From contig JANQJC010000078.1 of the NCBI GenBank assembly GCA_028281825.1, forward strand, positions 1,602-65,601: a stretch of 64,000 bases of DNA, in the 5' to 3' direction. Origin of the DNA: Flavobacteriales bacterium (GTDB lineage Bacteria; Bacteroidota; Bacteroidia; JANQJC01). The notes beneath the pieces are model-generated. The model saw only the letters and a program-made list of their open reading frames with translations. It was not told the origin of the DNA and made no database searches. Of the stretch, positions 1 to 9,500 are shown piece by piece. How positions within the stretch are numbered: the first letter of the stretch is position 1; each line of letters opens with the position of its first letter. The position numbers were made by a program, and so were the translations under genes.

Positions 1-1
1 A

Positions 2-523
2 TGCATTGAAGGCGTTCCTGGTTTTTCTTTCGTTATTGCTGATAGGGAAGCATTGAAAAAGGCAAAAGGCCAGGCTCGCTCGTTAACGCTTGACTTATAT
101 ACCCAATGGGAAGGGTTGGAGAAGAATGGTCAATTTAGGTTTACACCACCTACCCATGCTATTGTAGCTTTTAGGCAAGCCTTGAAAGAATTAGAAGCAG
201 AAGGCGGAGTAGAAGCCAGAACAGCCCGCTACCAAGAGAATTATAATACTCTTATCGAAGGTATGAGAAACCTCGGGTTTAAAGAATACCTGGATAAAGA
301 CAAGCAAGGTTGGATTATTACCTCTTTCCTGTATCCTGAGAATGAAAATTTCGATTTCAACGAGTTTTATGCTCGCCTTAATGAGCAAGGATATGTGATT
401 TATCCAGGTAAACTAAGCCAGGCTGATTGCTTCCGTATTGGCAATATTGGGCAAATCTATAAGAAAGATGTGGAAGGCCTGATTGCTGCCATTAAGAGAG
501 CCAAGGCTGCGATGGGGTTTTAG
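2..523 (+). CDS. phnW: 2-aminoethylphosphonate--pyruvate transaminase, 5'-truncated by the window edge
   Basis: The frame is open from position 2 (CIEGVPGFSFVIAD...). It carries the class V PLP aminotransferase motifs typical of PhnW: QFRFTPPTH, IYPGKLS and CFRIGNIG. Confidence 0.9.
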   Translation, partial: CIEGVPGFSFVIADREALKKAKGQARSLTLDLYTQWEGLEKNGQFRFTPPTHAIVAFRQALKELEAEGGVEARTARYQENYNTLIEGMRNLGFKEYLDKDKQGWIITSFLYPENENFDFNEFYARLNEQGYVIYPGKLSQADCFRIGNIGQIYKKDVEGLIAAIKRAKAAMGF

Positions 524-608
524 GTGGTGACCAACATCACTCTTTCGCCTGACCGTTGTCATTCCCACGTTCTATCAAGCGCTCTAGATTTGCTGAAAAA
601 TCAGAGAC

Positions 609-995
609 ATGAAAAAAGCGGGAGAGTACTTAACGGACCTACATTTTGAGCATCAACTATGGAGCAGTAAACTAAGCTTTTACAGCGATGAAGTGAAAAT
701 TTATGAGAATCGCCTGGGTGAAATTGCCGGTAAATATACCAGCGAAGAAGTTTTGGCTCAGGTTGAGCATTTCCAAAATCAGTTCATCAGGCAAAAAGAA
801 GTGATAGATGAATTGAATCATGGAGTGAATAAACACGAAGAAGCCTTAACCCAATATGTGCTGGAAAACCCTACTGCTGTTGACCATGTGAAGTTCCGTG
901 ACCATGGTGCTTTGAGGAATGAAATGACCAGCTTTGATAAACTGTACGGTGAGTTGAAAGAAGAATTCCAAAGGTTTTCTTCAAAGTGGATGTAA
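609..995 (+). CDS. Conserved hypothetical helical protein
   Basis: 128-aa ORF, amphipathic helical and His/Glu-rich, with a TAGATTTG promoter-like motif at ~586-593. Confidence 0.75.
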   Translation: MKKAGEYLTDLHFEHQLWSSKLSFYSDEVKIYENRLGEIAGKYTSEEVLAQVEHFQNQFIRQKEVIDELNHGVNKHEEALTQYVLENPTAVDHVKFRDHGALRNEMTSFDKLYGELKEEFQRFSSKWM

Positions 996-1082
996 AGGGC
1001 AACAGCCAGTAAACAATCCTCTAGTTTATTTTGCATGCTTGGCAAAAAGCATCAAACTAGATGCTGGTAAAATAACTATCTT

Positions 1083-1928
1083 TTGGGCAAGTTAAGAGGT
1101 GTGTTTATGGCTCTCATATCCATGCGTTTGTATTTATTAGTACTGGCTGTTTTGGTTCCAGTAATTTCTCAGGCACAACAGGCGAAGCAAAAGTATTTAG
1201 TTTTGGGCAGTGGTTGGAAGTACCATACGGTGCTTGACCAATCACTATCGCGCATCAAATATAAAGGTAGTGACGTAGCCTTTGAGTTGAGCTATCTGTC
1301 TCAAAGTGATACAATCATCAATCAGTTGGATGTACAAGGTAGTTTTGGCAGAATTAGTTCTAGCGCCAATAGTTTGATAACATCAACAGCTCTGACAAAA
1401 GGGGCTAATATCAACTATAGAAGATTGTATTATATCATGCCTTTGTCAAAGGGTAATTATCATTGGTATCTGGGTGGTGGCTTTCTCAATCATGCTTTTT
1501 ATAGAGAGTATGAGGACTTTACCAATAACATATGGCAATATGATATTAGTAGTTCGCTGAGTATAGAGAGTTTGATAAAAAGAACGCTGGTTGTTAGGGA
1601 AAGAAATTTGGTAGCATCGTGGCAGCTATCGGTATCGGTTCTTTCGGCGGTGGTGAGGCCTGCATATAATACCTCCTTGCCTGAGGGTTTTATCCATTAT
1701 CAGGAGACCCCAGTAAAGGCGGTTCTCAAGAGCATTTCGTACCATACTATGAATACTTATGCCAGAGTTGAGTCTGGGTTTGAAGTTGTTTACTATCTGC
1801 TGAACAAGAATGCTTTAAAGGTGAGTTATAACTGGGACTTTTATCATTTTAGTACAGTCAATAAGCTTTCAGTAGCCTCGCACCAAGTTGAATTTGGATT
1901 GCTGTTTAACTTATCAAGACCGGAATGA
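1083..1928 (+). CDS. Secreted, probable outer-membrane beta-barrel protein (true start may be ATG 1107 or 1122)
   Basis: Signal peptide, alternating beta-strand pattern, aromatic C-terminal strand (VEFGLLFNL); overlaps the next gene by 4 nt. Confidence 0.6.
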   Translation: MGKLRGVFMALISMRLYLLVLAVLVPVISQAQQAKQKYLVLGSGWKYHTVLDQSLSRIKYKGSDVAFELSYLSQSDTIINQLDVQGSFGRISSSANSLITSTALTKGANINYRRLYYIMPLSKGNYHWYLGGGFLNHAFYREYEDFTNNIWQYDISSSLSIESLIKRTLVVRERNLVASWQLSVSVLSAVVRPAYNTSLPEGFIHYQETPVKAVLKSISYHTMNTYARVESGFEVVYYLLNKNALKVSYNWDFYHFSTVNKLSVASHQVEFGLLFNLSRPE

Positions 1929-2926
1929 AGTTCAGATACTACATATTCCTATTACTCCTGTTGGTGTTTTTCTCTTGCGAGAAAGTTTTCATGAAAAAAG
2001 ACAGTGAAAACAGTCCGAAGGAGAACTTTGAGTACCTGTGGCAAACACTGGACCAGAGGTATTCGTTTTTTACCTACAAGGGTATAGACTGGGATGGCAT
2101 CCATGACAAATACGCACCTGAGGTGAAAGAAGATATGAATGATAGGGAGCTGTTTGAAGTATTGGCCAATATGCTTAACGAGCTACGGGATGGACATGTT
2201 AATCTACACTCGGGGTCTGATGTTTCGCACTACTGGAATTGGTTTTTGGACTACCCTTCCAACTATGAAGCTTCAATAGTTGAGGCGAACTACCTGAAAG
2301 ATGATTACCACATATCAGGTCCACTCTTGAACACCATTATAGACTCGATAGGATATATTTATTGCGGTAGTTTTTCAACAGCAATTAAGGCGGGAGAGAT
2401 CGACTATGTGATAGAAAGGTTTAAGGATTTAAAGGGGGTAATTATAGATGTTCGCAATAACGGAGGAGGAAACCTCGAAGGAGCCATGATTTTAGCAAGC
2501 AGGTTTGCAGATACTAAGCGACATACTCAAGATACCTATTTTAAAAAAGGGCCAGGGCATGATGATTTTCATTTGCCCGTTGCTACTTATATCAGCCCAG
2601 CAGGGCCTCAGCAGTTTCTTAAGAAAGTGATTGTGCTTAGTAATAGAAAATGCTATAGTTCAACCAATCAGTTTGTACAAACTATGCGAGTGATGCCGCA
2701 TGTGGTTATTATGGGTGACACCACTGGCGGTGGTGGTGGAACGCCCATCAGCCATGAATTGCCTAACGGGTGGATTTTCCGTTATTCTTCTGATATGACA
2801 GTAGCTCCTGATGGGTTTAACCTCGAGCACGGCATACCACCCGATGTAGTGGTGTCGCTAAAACCTGCTGATGCCTCACAGGGTATAGATACCATGATTG
2901 AGAAAGCCTTGGACGAAATGAACTAA
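1925..2926 (+). CDS. S41 family peptidase, lipoprotein
   Basis: Lipobox FFSC; motifs LRDGHVNL, IIDVRNNGGG, CYSS (catalytic Ser region), GDTTGGG and HGIPPD. Confidence 0.88.
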   Translation: MKFRYYIFLLLLLVFFSCEKVFMKKDSENSPKENFEYLWQTLDQRYSFFTYKGIDWDGIHDKYAPEVKEDMNDRELFEVLANMLNELRDGHVNLHSGSDVSHYWNWFLDYPSNYEASIVEANYLKDDYHISGPLLNTIIDSIGYIYCGSFSTAIKAGEIDYVIERFKDLKGVIIDVRNNGGGNLEGAMILASRFADTKRHTQDTYFKKGPGHDDFHLPVATYISPAGPQQFLKKVIVLSNRKCYSSTNQFVQTMRVMPHVVIMGDTTGGGGGTPISHELPNGWIFRYSSDMTVAPDGFNLEHGIPPDVVVSLKPADASQGIDTMIEKALDEMN

Positions 2927-4230
2927 GGCAACTTCAAAAACACGTCCCAATATTTTTCCTTATTCATATCCTCCCAGTGTATCATTTGGTAGCGATACTG
3001 GTAGGTTTGTATTTGGTTAAGGGCTAAGCTGGCTATTAGCAGAGAGATAAAGCTTACCTTTAACCAGGACTGCCTGATATGTTTGAGTGCTGTTGCTAAA
3101 AGTATGGCAAACAAAGGAATGTATTCCACATACACCCTGGAAGAAAAACTGCCACCGTACCACCAACTCCACCAGCTAGAGAGGATGTAGTTAAGTATAA
3201 TAAAGAAGAGTCCTAGGGTTATGGCTTGATACGTGTTACGTCTCCACAAGTGATAAAAACCAACAAGGGAGAATAACATTAAAGGGGTATATACGAATAA
3301 TCCTTTTTTGTAGCTGAACAGCATCGCCCAAAAGCGGGGCTCAAGAAATTGAAAGCTCTCCCCTGGATAAGTGTCTGCCCAAAAACTACCTGTCGCAATT
3401 TTATAGTAAAGTGCTTGGAGGACTATTATGCCTACAAAAAGAAAAAGTGAACCAATCAAGGTGAGTGGTTGCCTAAACAGTTTTCTTATGCCATTGCTAA
3501 AGTTGAGCAACTCACCCGCCGCAAATGGGAGCAATAGTATGACTATCAAGTTAGCTGGCCTCACAAGGCCTGTCAGCCCATATATGATGGCTAATAAGGG
3601 CAGGAGCCTCAAGTTCTCAGTCTTGAAGTATTGCCTCGCGTAATAGAGAAAAGCGCTGATAAGGGCAAAAGAATACACGTGAGACATACCCGGCTCACCT
3701 ATGGTATAATAAAACGCATGGGTTCCAAACGTGAGCAAGAGCATTACCATAATCCTAATGGTAGTTGCAATTTCATATCCCGCCAACAGCTTGTTCAAAA
3801 AAAGCAGCCCCAAACAGAAATAGAAAATGGCGGCTATACATATCAAGTAGATGTATATCTTGGAATAGCCATCACTTGGGAAGCCGAGCGGTTTGCTAAG
3901 CATATGGGCTGCCAAGAAAAAGGGAGCCTGCATTATAGCCACCCCGCAGAAATACTTGTTAACCATAGTTCCGTCAATGCCTACCCGATATTCATATTGG
4001 TTGGTGGGGTGGTAGTATTTCTCCTTTTCAATTTCATCAAAGAAACCGAAATTAGGGTCTCCATAAATGAAAATGGCAGGCAAGTAGGCGTAATACCCCT
4101 TGGCATCGGATTGAACGACCCGGAGCCAACTGTTCTTGTGCCAATTGATATTGGAGCTTATAATCAGCAGCCCAATTCCAATCAACAGGATGAATACCCT
4201 TGAAACTTTTGATTTCATTTCAAGAGCCAA
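2923..4230 (-). CDS. Multi-pass membrane protein, GT-C fold glycosyltransferase-like
   Basis: About 10 TM segments; acidic SD motif in the first external loop (QSDAKGYYAYLPA); WWYGGSFSSR motif. Confidence 0.7.
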   Translation of the reverse strand: MALEMKSKVSRVFILLIGIGLLIISSNINWHKNSWLRVVQSDAKGYYAYLPAIFIYGDPNFGFFDEIEKEKYYHPTNQYEYRVGIDGTMVNKYFCGVAIMQAPFFLAAHMLSKPLGFPSDGYSKIYIYLICIAAIFYFCLGLLFLNKLLAGYEIATTIRIMVMLLLTFGTHAFYYTIGEPGMSHVYSFALISAFLYYARQYFKTENLRLLPLLAIIYGLTGLVRPANLIVILLLPFAAGELLNFSNGIRKLFRQPLTLIGSLFLFVGIIVLQALYYKIATGSFWADTYPGESFQFLEPRFWAMLFSYKKGLFVYTPLMLFSLVGFYHLWRRNTYQAITLGLFFIILNYILSSWWSWWYGGSFSSRVYVEYIPLFAILLATALKHIRQSWLKVSFISLLIASLALNQIQTYQYRYQMIHWEDMNKEKYWDVFLKLP

Positions 4231-4264
4231 AATACAATCTTAAATGTAGAATTGATAGTTGTTC

Positions 4265-4753
4265 TTAATGAGAAGATGGTAATTCCTCTGGCTTGCGTTC
4301 CAGTACTTGAAGTATTCTATTCCCACTGCCCCAATCTTCAACCAATATTATTTGGATTGGACTAATGGCTATTAAATCAACCGTCACAGTACTTTCTACT
4401 TCTACGTTATACTTTACGAAACAGGTCATTCTTTTTTGGTCAGGGCTTACGGAAAACTTGCCATGGTAATCTTCCCCAATATTTGTAACGGCTTAGGGTT
4501 TTCCTCTTTCAAAACAACTATCTTTATAAAAGTGGTAAGTATACACTTCATATAAACGTTCACTTTTTTGACAAAACTCATCATCATGAGGGTAAAAATG
4601 TCCGCCAGATATGAAGTCGGCATAGATTACCTGTCATGTTCCAAATATGTCTTGATAATCATTTCTGGGGCCAGGCTTTTTCTGGTTGCAGCTGACAATT
4701 AGAGCAAACACAATAGTATAGATAACCCAACTAATAACCTTGCAAGTTGACAT
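4265..4753 (-). pseudogene. Lipoprotein (lipocalin-like) pseudogene with two in-frame stops
   Basis: Manual translation of 163 codons: MSTCKVISWVIYTIVFALIVSC-NQKK...IFGT*QVIY...RGKP*AVTN...SSH*. Lipobox present; internal TGA at 4634-4636 and TAA at 4493-4495; no frameshift. Confidence 0.75.
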
Positions 4754-4785
4754 ACTTCAAATATATAAGAAATTAAGGTTAAAAA

Positions 4786-6087
4786 TTAGGCATTTGTTTT
4801 ATGCCAATTCACATGTTTTCTCATGAAATAAATCATGGACAGCATAGAGAGGATAACTCCTATAACAGCCAGCAAATAACAGGAGGTAGTGAAGAAACTC
4901 AACCAACTGATGTTCTTCACAGCGAGGTCTTTATAAAGTAATACACCCACTACACTCAGGTAGCCGAAAGCATCAGCAACGTAGATAAGAAAACCAGCGT
5001 TACTCACATATTTAAAGGCTGCTATCAGCCGTTCAAAAATGATACAATTGAAAGGTATGTAAGCCATATAGGTGGCAAAACCGGTAAGCATAATCCACAC
5101 CACCGGGTCTATTGTCCCCGCCTGGAAGGCCCAGGTACTGATGCCCGCAACCGCAAAGCCACCCGCAATCACCCAGTGATTTACCAATAACGCCCTAAGG
5201 TTGTCTTTGATAAACATGATAGTGCCCAGCAGAACCAACACACCCAAAGTAACGGGGATTTCTGTCTTGGTGAAGATATCAGGCTGGTCAGTAATGCCCA
5301 AACCAATCAATATCTCGTTCATAAAGTTATCGCGAAAGTCCCTGAAAGCAGTAAGGAACATATAAGCTAAAATCAACATTACCATCCCAGGGCCAAAGGT
5401 TTTGAAAAACTTCACCCTGTCTGCCCTTGTCATTGGTGCGCGTTTGGTTCTGAGGGTTTCATCTTCTTTGGTTGGGTCGGGCATAGCATTGAGCATCAAC
5501 GTAAAAATCACTAGAGGTACTAAGTAAATCGCTCCCGATAAAAATGGCATCCAATACACTGCCATATCCGTGGTTTCCAAAAACTGCTGTACTGATTTTC
5601 CTATCGTTTTAGCGAAGCCTGAAGCAAAAGCAAAGCTGGCACACAATCCGGCACCCATAGCTTCTGTAAAACGGCGCCCTTCAAGATAGCTGAAAACCAA
5701 GCCCCACACCATCCCCAATGGCAAACCGTTGAAGAACATAAAGGCGAGTTTTAGTTTTTCAGGCACAATAGCAAAGCCTAAAAGGGCCAGTTCCGCAATA
5801 CCAATCAAGATAAGAATGGCTCTTGCCCTGTTGTTTTTCCCCATTTCAGAAATCACCTTGATACCAATGAATTTTGAAAGGGTATATCCGAGCACTTGGC
5901 TTATCACCAGGGCCGTTTTAAACTCCAGTCCAAAAAAGTCTCCTGCCTCGCTATATCCTGCGGCAGCAAAAGGCTTTCGAAAGCCGTACATACATGAGTA
6001 AGTGCAAAATGCGGCGACTATGGCGTAGGCCGTAAGAAAGAAACCGTTGGTTTGGCTTAGCCGGTTTTTAATGTTGTTCTTAAGCAC
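4786..6087 (-). CDS. MFS-like transporter, DUF5690-like
   Basis: About 12 TM helices; N-terminal CTYSCMYGFRKPF motif recalled from the DUF5690 family. Confidence 0.7.
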   Translation of the reverse strand: MLKNNIKNRLSQTNGFFLTAYAIVAAFCTYSCMYGFRKPFAAAGYSEAGDFFGLEFKTALVISQVLGYTLSKFIGIKVISEMGKNNRARAILILIGIAELALLGFAIVPEKLKLAFMFFNGLPLGMVWGLVFSYLEGRRFTEAMGAGLCASFAFASGFAKTIGKSVQQFLETTDMAVYWMPFLSGAIYLVPLVIFTLMLNAMPDPTKEDETLRTKRAPMTRADRVKFFKTFGPGMVMLILAYMFLTAFRDFRDNFMNEILIGLGITDQPDIFTKTEIPVTLGVLVLLGTIMFIKDNLRALLVNHWVIAGGFAVAGISTWAFQAGTIDPVVWIMLTGFATYMAYIPFNCIIFERLIAAFKYVSNAGFLIYVADAFGYLSVVGVLLYKDLAVKNISWLSFFTTSCYLLAVIGVILSMLSMIYFMRKHVNWHKTNA

Positions 6088-6958
6088 GAATAGGTAATGC
6101 TAGACCGTTTTTGTCAAAGCGGAAAGGTCGCCATTTCCCGTCAAACAGGTTGTAAACATACTCAAACCCTACGGATTTCAAAAGGTCAGCAGCAAATTCA
6201 AATTCAGCTACTATCTCAGAGGGATGGTGAGCGTCTGAGTTGATAGTTACTGGTATGTTGCGTTTATATAGCTCTTTCAACACCCATTGACTAGGGTAGG
6301 TCTCGTTGGCTTTCTTTTTGTATAGGCCACGGGTGTTAACCTCAACAATTGCTCGGCTGTGCTTAATGAGGTCAAGGGTAATAATCATCTCATTGTGATA
6401 CCACTCTTCGCTTTCTGAGAAATACTTATTCCCAGCGTTTTGCATTTTTATCTTGTCGATATGCCCAATAACATCTGGGCATTCTTCTAAAATCATTTGG
6501 CGGGTAAGCTCATAATATCGGCTTACTGCGAGTTCAACATTTCCACCGAAAATTTCTTCCAAGCCCTCTTCAAAAACCTTACCTGTGCTATCAATTTCCC
6601 ATGGTCTACCGTCTTCCAAAGCATCTACAAAGTGAATGGAGCCTATGGTATAATCCAGATTGGCATTGCGAATAAAAAGGCTTTTTGGTCCCATTACTCC
6701 TGGTACGTAATCTACTTCTAAACCACAATAAATTTGGATATGGTTTTTCCAGGCGTCCTTTAATTGATTAACTTCCCTCACGTAGGAGCGCAGATTATCA
6801 GCTTCCATGGCCCATGGAATGTTGTTAAAGGGAGTTGGGGCATGGGATGAAAAACCATAGGCTGCGAGACCTAAGTCAACGGCCTCTTCCGCATATACGT
6901 AAGCCTGATCGCTTCCGTCGCAGAACTTACAATGGCTATGATAGTTTGTCCAAGACAT
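6080..6958 (-). CDS. PHP-family phosphatase (HisJ/HisK histidinol-phosphatase-like)
   Basis: Motifs NYHSHC..CDG, FSSHAP, GLEVD, IGHIDK, EVNT and NSDAH. Confidence 0.88.
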   Translation of the reverse strand: MSWTNYHSHCKFCDGSDQAYVYAEEAVDLGLAAYGFSSHAPTPFNNIPWAMEADNLRSYVREVNQLKDAWKNHIQIYCGLEVDYVPGVMGPKSLFIRNANLDYTIGSIHFVDALEDGRPWEIDSTGKVFEEGLEEIFGGNVELAVSRYYELTRQMILEECPDVIGHIDKIKMQNAGNKYFSESEEWYHNEMIITLDLIKHSRAIVEVNTRGLYKKKANETYPSQWVLKELYKRNIPVTINSDAHHPSEIVAEFEFAADLLKSVGFEYVYNLFDGKWRPFRFDKNGLALPIRA

Positions 6959-7278
6959 TTACCTGAATGATATAATCCGCTAAATTAGACCTTGAATATT
7001 GCTCAAAATGCATCGCAATTTTACATATCCGTTAAGTTATGGTTAATCCGCTATAATAATAAACAAGCCTTTGTTGAAAACAAGTTTAAAAACAAAAAGT
7101 CTTGGCATAACACCTTTACAACAAGAGTTGTTTACACATTATCAACATTCGTATTATGAAAAAGCCCATCATCCTATTATTTGCTATTAATGCAAATGGT
7201 ATACTGGCGGCTAAATAGCAGCAAGTAAACGCTTAGCCCGATATTTTCCGATATTTGCCATTCTCTTGAATTATATCA

Positions 7279-8154
7279 ATGGCAAAAAAGCCTGAAGCAG
7301 AAGATAAAAAGAAGCTAAAGAAAAAGCTCACCAACAAATACAGGTTGGTAGTGATGAATGAAGACACCTTTGAGGAAAAGGCTTCGTTTACGCTGTCCCG
7401 CTTGAATGTTATCACTTTTGGGGGGGCTTTAGGCCTGTTTTTAATCACCATTACCATTTACCTGATTGCTTTTACTCCTTTGAGAGAATATATCCCAGGC
7501 TATGCTGATGTGGAGACTAAAAAAGAGGTAAGGAGATTGGTTGCCAAGGCGGACTCATTAGAGAGCGAACTTAGAAGCAAGGCTTTTTATATTGAGAACA
7601 TTAAAAACATTATTGAAGGTAAGGGACTGATTGAGGAATACGAACAAGATGTTGACCCAAAGAAGGACTACAAGAATATAAAGTTTAAACTATCCCCGGA
7701 AGATTCTGCATTGAGGGCGCAAGTGGCTCAGGAGGACAAATTCAATATTGTGAAATCTGAGTTGGCGGCTTCTTCGGGCATCTCGGGCTTTTCTTTTTTC
7801 ACACCGCTAAAGGGTGAAGTAACCAGTGCCTTTGATTTATCTGAGAAGCACTACGGCACAGATATAGTTACTGCCCGAAATGAGCCAATTAAAGCTACCT
7901 TGGATGGAGTAGTTGTTTTTTCCTCATGGACCAACGATACAGGATACGTGATAGCCCTGCAACACTCCAATAACCTGGTTTCTCTTTACAAGCACAACTC
8001 AGTGCTGCTTAAAAAAGTGGGCAATACCGTAAAGGCGGGTGAGGTAATAGCCATAGTAGGTAACTCAGGCGAATTGACCACTGGCCCACACCTTCATTTT
8101 GAGCTTTGGTATCAAGGCAAGCCTATCAACGCGGAAAATTACATGGTGTTCTAA
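7279..8154 (+). CDS. M23 family metallopeptidase
   Basis: N-terminal TM anchor and coiled coil; HYGTD, YKHN and PHLHFELW zinc motifs. Confidence 0.92.
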   Translation: MAKKPEAEDKKKLKKKLTNKYRLVVMNEDTFEEKASFTLSRLNVITFGGALGLFLITITIYLIAFTPLREYIPGYADVETKKEVRRLVAKADSLESELRSKAFYIENIKNIIEGKGLIEEYEQDVDPKKDYKNIKFKLSPEDSALRAQVAQEDKFNIVKSELAASSGISGFSFFTPLKGEVTSAFDLSEKHYGTDIVTARNEPIKATLDGVVVFSSWTNDTGYVIALQHSNNLVSLYKHNSVLLKKVGNTVKAGEVIAIVGNSGELTTGPHLHFELWYQGKPINAENYMVF

Positions 8155-8462
8155 AGTTCGAAGTCCATTACTTCTTTGCGGCAGGCGCTTACTTCAACAG
8201 TATCCAGCCAATCAAATGGTGAGAAGTGCGTTGAATCAAGGTCTTTGGCGCCGATAATGTGTGTACCCACATCCAGTTCCAAGGTTTCTGTTACGAGGCT
8301 CTCCAAATCATACAGATAAACACCGTCGAAGTAAAACTTAATGGGGTCGTCAGTATAGTTGGTAACTATCAAGGTCCCAAATTGAAACTCTTCACAATCT
8401 CTCTTCTTACATGAAGGGATGGCAAAGATTCCAATAGCTAAAAGAAGTAGCAGCTTTTTCAT
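8151..8462 (-). CDS. Small lipoprotein, unknown function
   Basis: Lipobox IPSC followed by a small beta-rich domain. Confidence 0.7.
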   Translation of the reverse strand: MKKLLLLLAIGIFAIPSCKKRDCEEFQFGTLIVTNYTDDPIKFYFDGVYLYDLESLVTETLELDVGTHIIGAKDLDSTHFSPFDWLDTVEVSACRKEVMDFEL

Positions 8463-8516
8463 AAAGTAAATAGCTAACGGGCTAAAGGTATTAAAAATTG
8501 AGTTTGGTATCTAAAT

Positions 8517-9500
8517 TTATACTTCTCTACCCATTAAAGCCCTTACATACTCAATAAGTGTGGCTTTTGTTTCAGGATTTCCATTTATTGCATCCATTGC
8601 AATCATGGCTTTATCAAAGTATTGCTTAGAGAGCGCTTCTGTGTGTTCAGGAATCGAAAGCTTGTTGTACAATGCTTTCACTTCTCTTACCTTATCTGGG
8701 GGCTGAATGGTTTCATCTTCCAAGAGTTGTTGTAGTTTGGCTTTATCGCTTGCATCAGCCAATTCAAATGCTTTAAGCAGCAAATATGTTTTTTTGTTGG
8801 CGATGATATCCCCGCCTACTTGCTTACCGAAATCTTCTTTGGCATACGCATCCAATAAGTCATCCCTGAGTTGGAAAGCAATGCCAATATTTTTTCCGAA
8901 AGCATATATGTTTTTCCTGTCATCTTCAGAAGCATTGGCAGTTATAGCACCAACTTCAAGTGCGCAACCCAAAAGCACAGCGGTTTTCTTTCCTATCATT
9001 TCCATGTACTCCCCAATAGACACGTCATCTCGGGTTTCAAAGTTCATGTCTTCTTGCTGGCCCTCGCATACTTCCAATGCGGTTCGATTGAACAGTGGTA
9101 AGAGTTTTGGTAAAAACTCCACCCGTGTTTGTATAATCAGTTCATAAGCCTGAATCATCATGGCATCACCAGAAAGTATGGCGATATCACTATTCCATTT
9201 CTCATGAACGGTGGCATGGCCTCTGCGCAGTGGAGCTTTATCCATAATGTCATCATGGATAAGGGTGAAGTTGTGAAACACTTCTATTGCAATAGCAGGA
9301 TTAATAGCCCATTCAGGCTTGCCATTGAACAAACTGTTACCCAACATAACCAACAAAGGGCGTAACCTTTTACCACCTAGTGAAAGGATATACTCAACCG
9401 GCTGATAAAGTTCTTTTGGGGTTTTTTCCAAGCTGAGTGCATTGATGGCCTTATCAATGTCTTCTTGAAAAGTTTTGATAGATGACATTACAACTGTCAT
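8517..9500 (-). CDS. Polyprenyl (geranylgeranyl/farnesyl) diphosphate synthase
   Basis: GGKRLRP, FARM HDDIMD, SARM FQLRDD and GGDIIANKKT motifs. Confidence 0.93.
   Translation of the reverse strand: MTVVMSSIKTFQEDIDKAINALSLEKTPKELYQPVEYILSLGGKRLRPLLVMLGNSLFNGKPEWAINPAIAIEVFHNFTLIHDDIMDKAPLRRGHATVHEKWNSDIAILSGDAMMIQAYELIIQTRVEFLPKLLPLFNRTALEVCEGQQEDMNFETRDDVSIGEYMEMIGKKTAVLLGCALEVGAITANASEDDRKNIYAFGKNIGIAFQLRDDLLDAYAKEDFGKQVGGDIIANKKTYLLLKAFELADASDKAKLQQLLEDETIQPPDKVREVKALYNKLSIPEHTEALSKQYFDKAMIAMDAINGNPETKATLIEYVRALMGREV

Noticed and set aside
4634-4636. TGA-to-Trp or selenocysteine recoding in the lipoprotein frame
   Set aside because: The same frame also contains an in-frame TAA, other genes in the window terminate at TGA, and no SECIS-like hairpin is evident. 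Pseudogene or sequencing error is simpler.
7156-7218. 20-aa signal-peptide-like ORF (MKKPIILLFAINANGILAAK) and TAATCCGCTA direct repeat (6973, 7044)
   Set aside because: Too short to support as a gene, though it could be a remnant. A 10-bp repeat in AT-rich DNA is not significant on its own.
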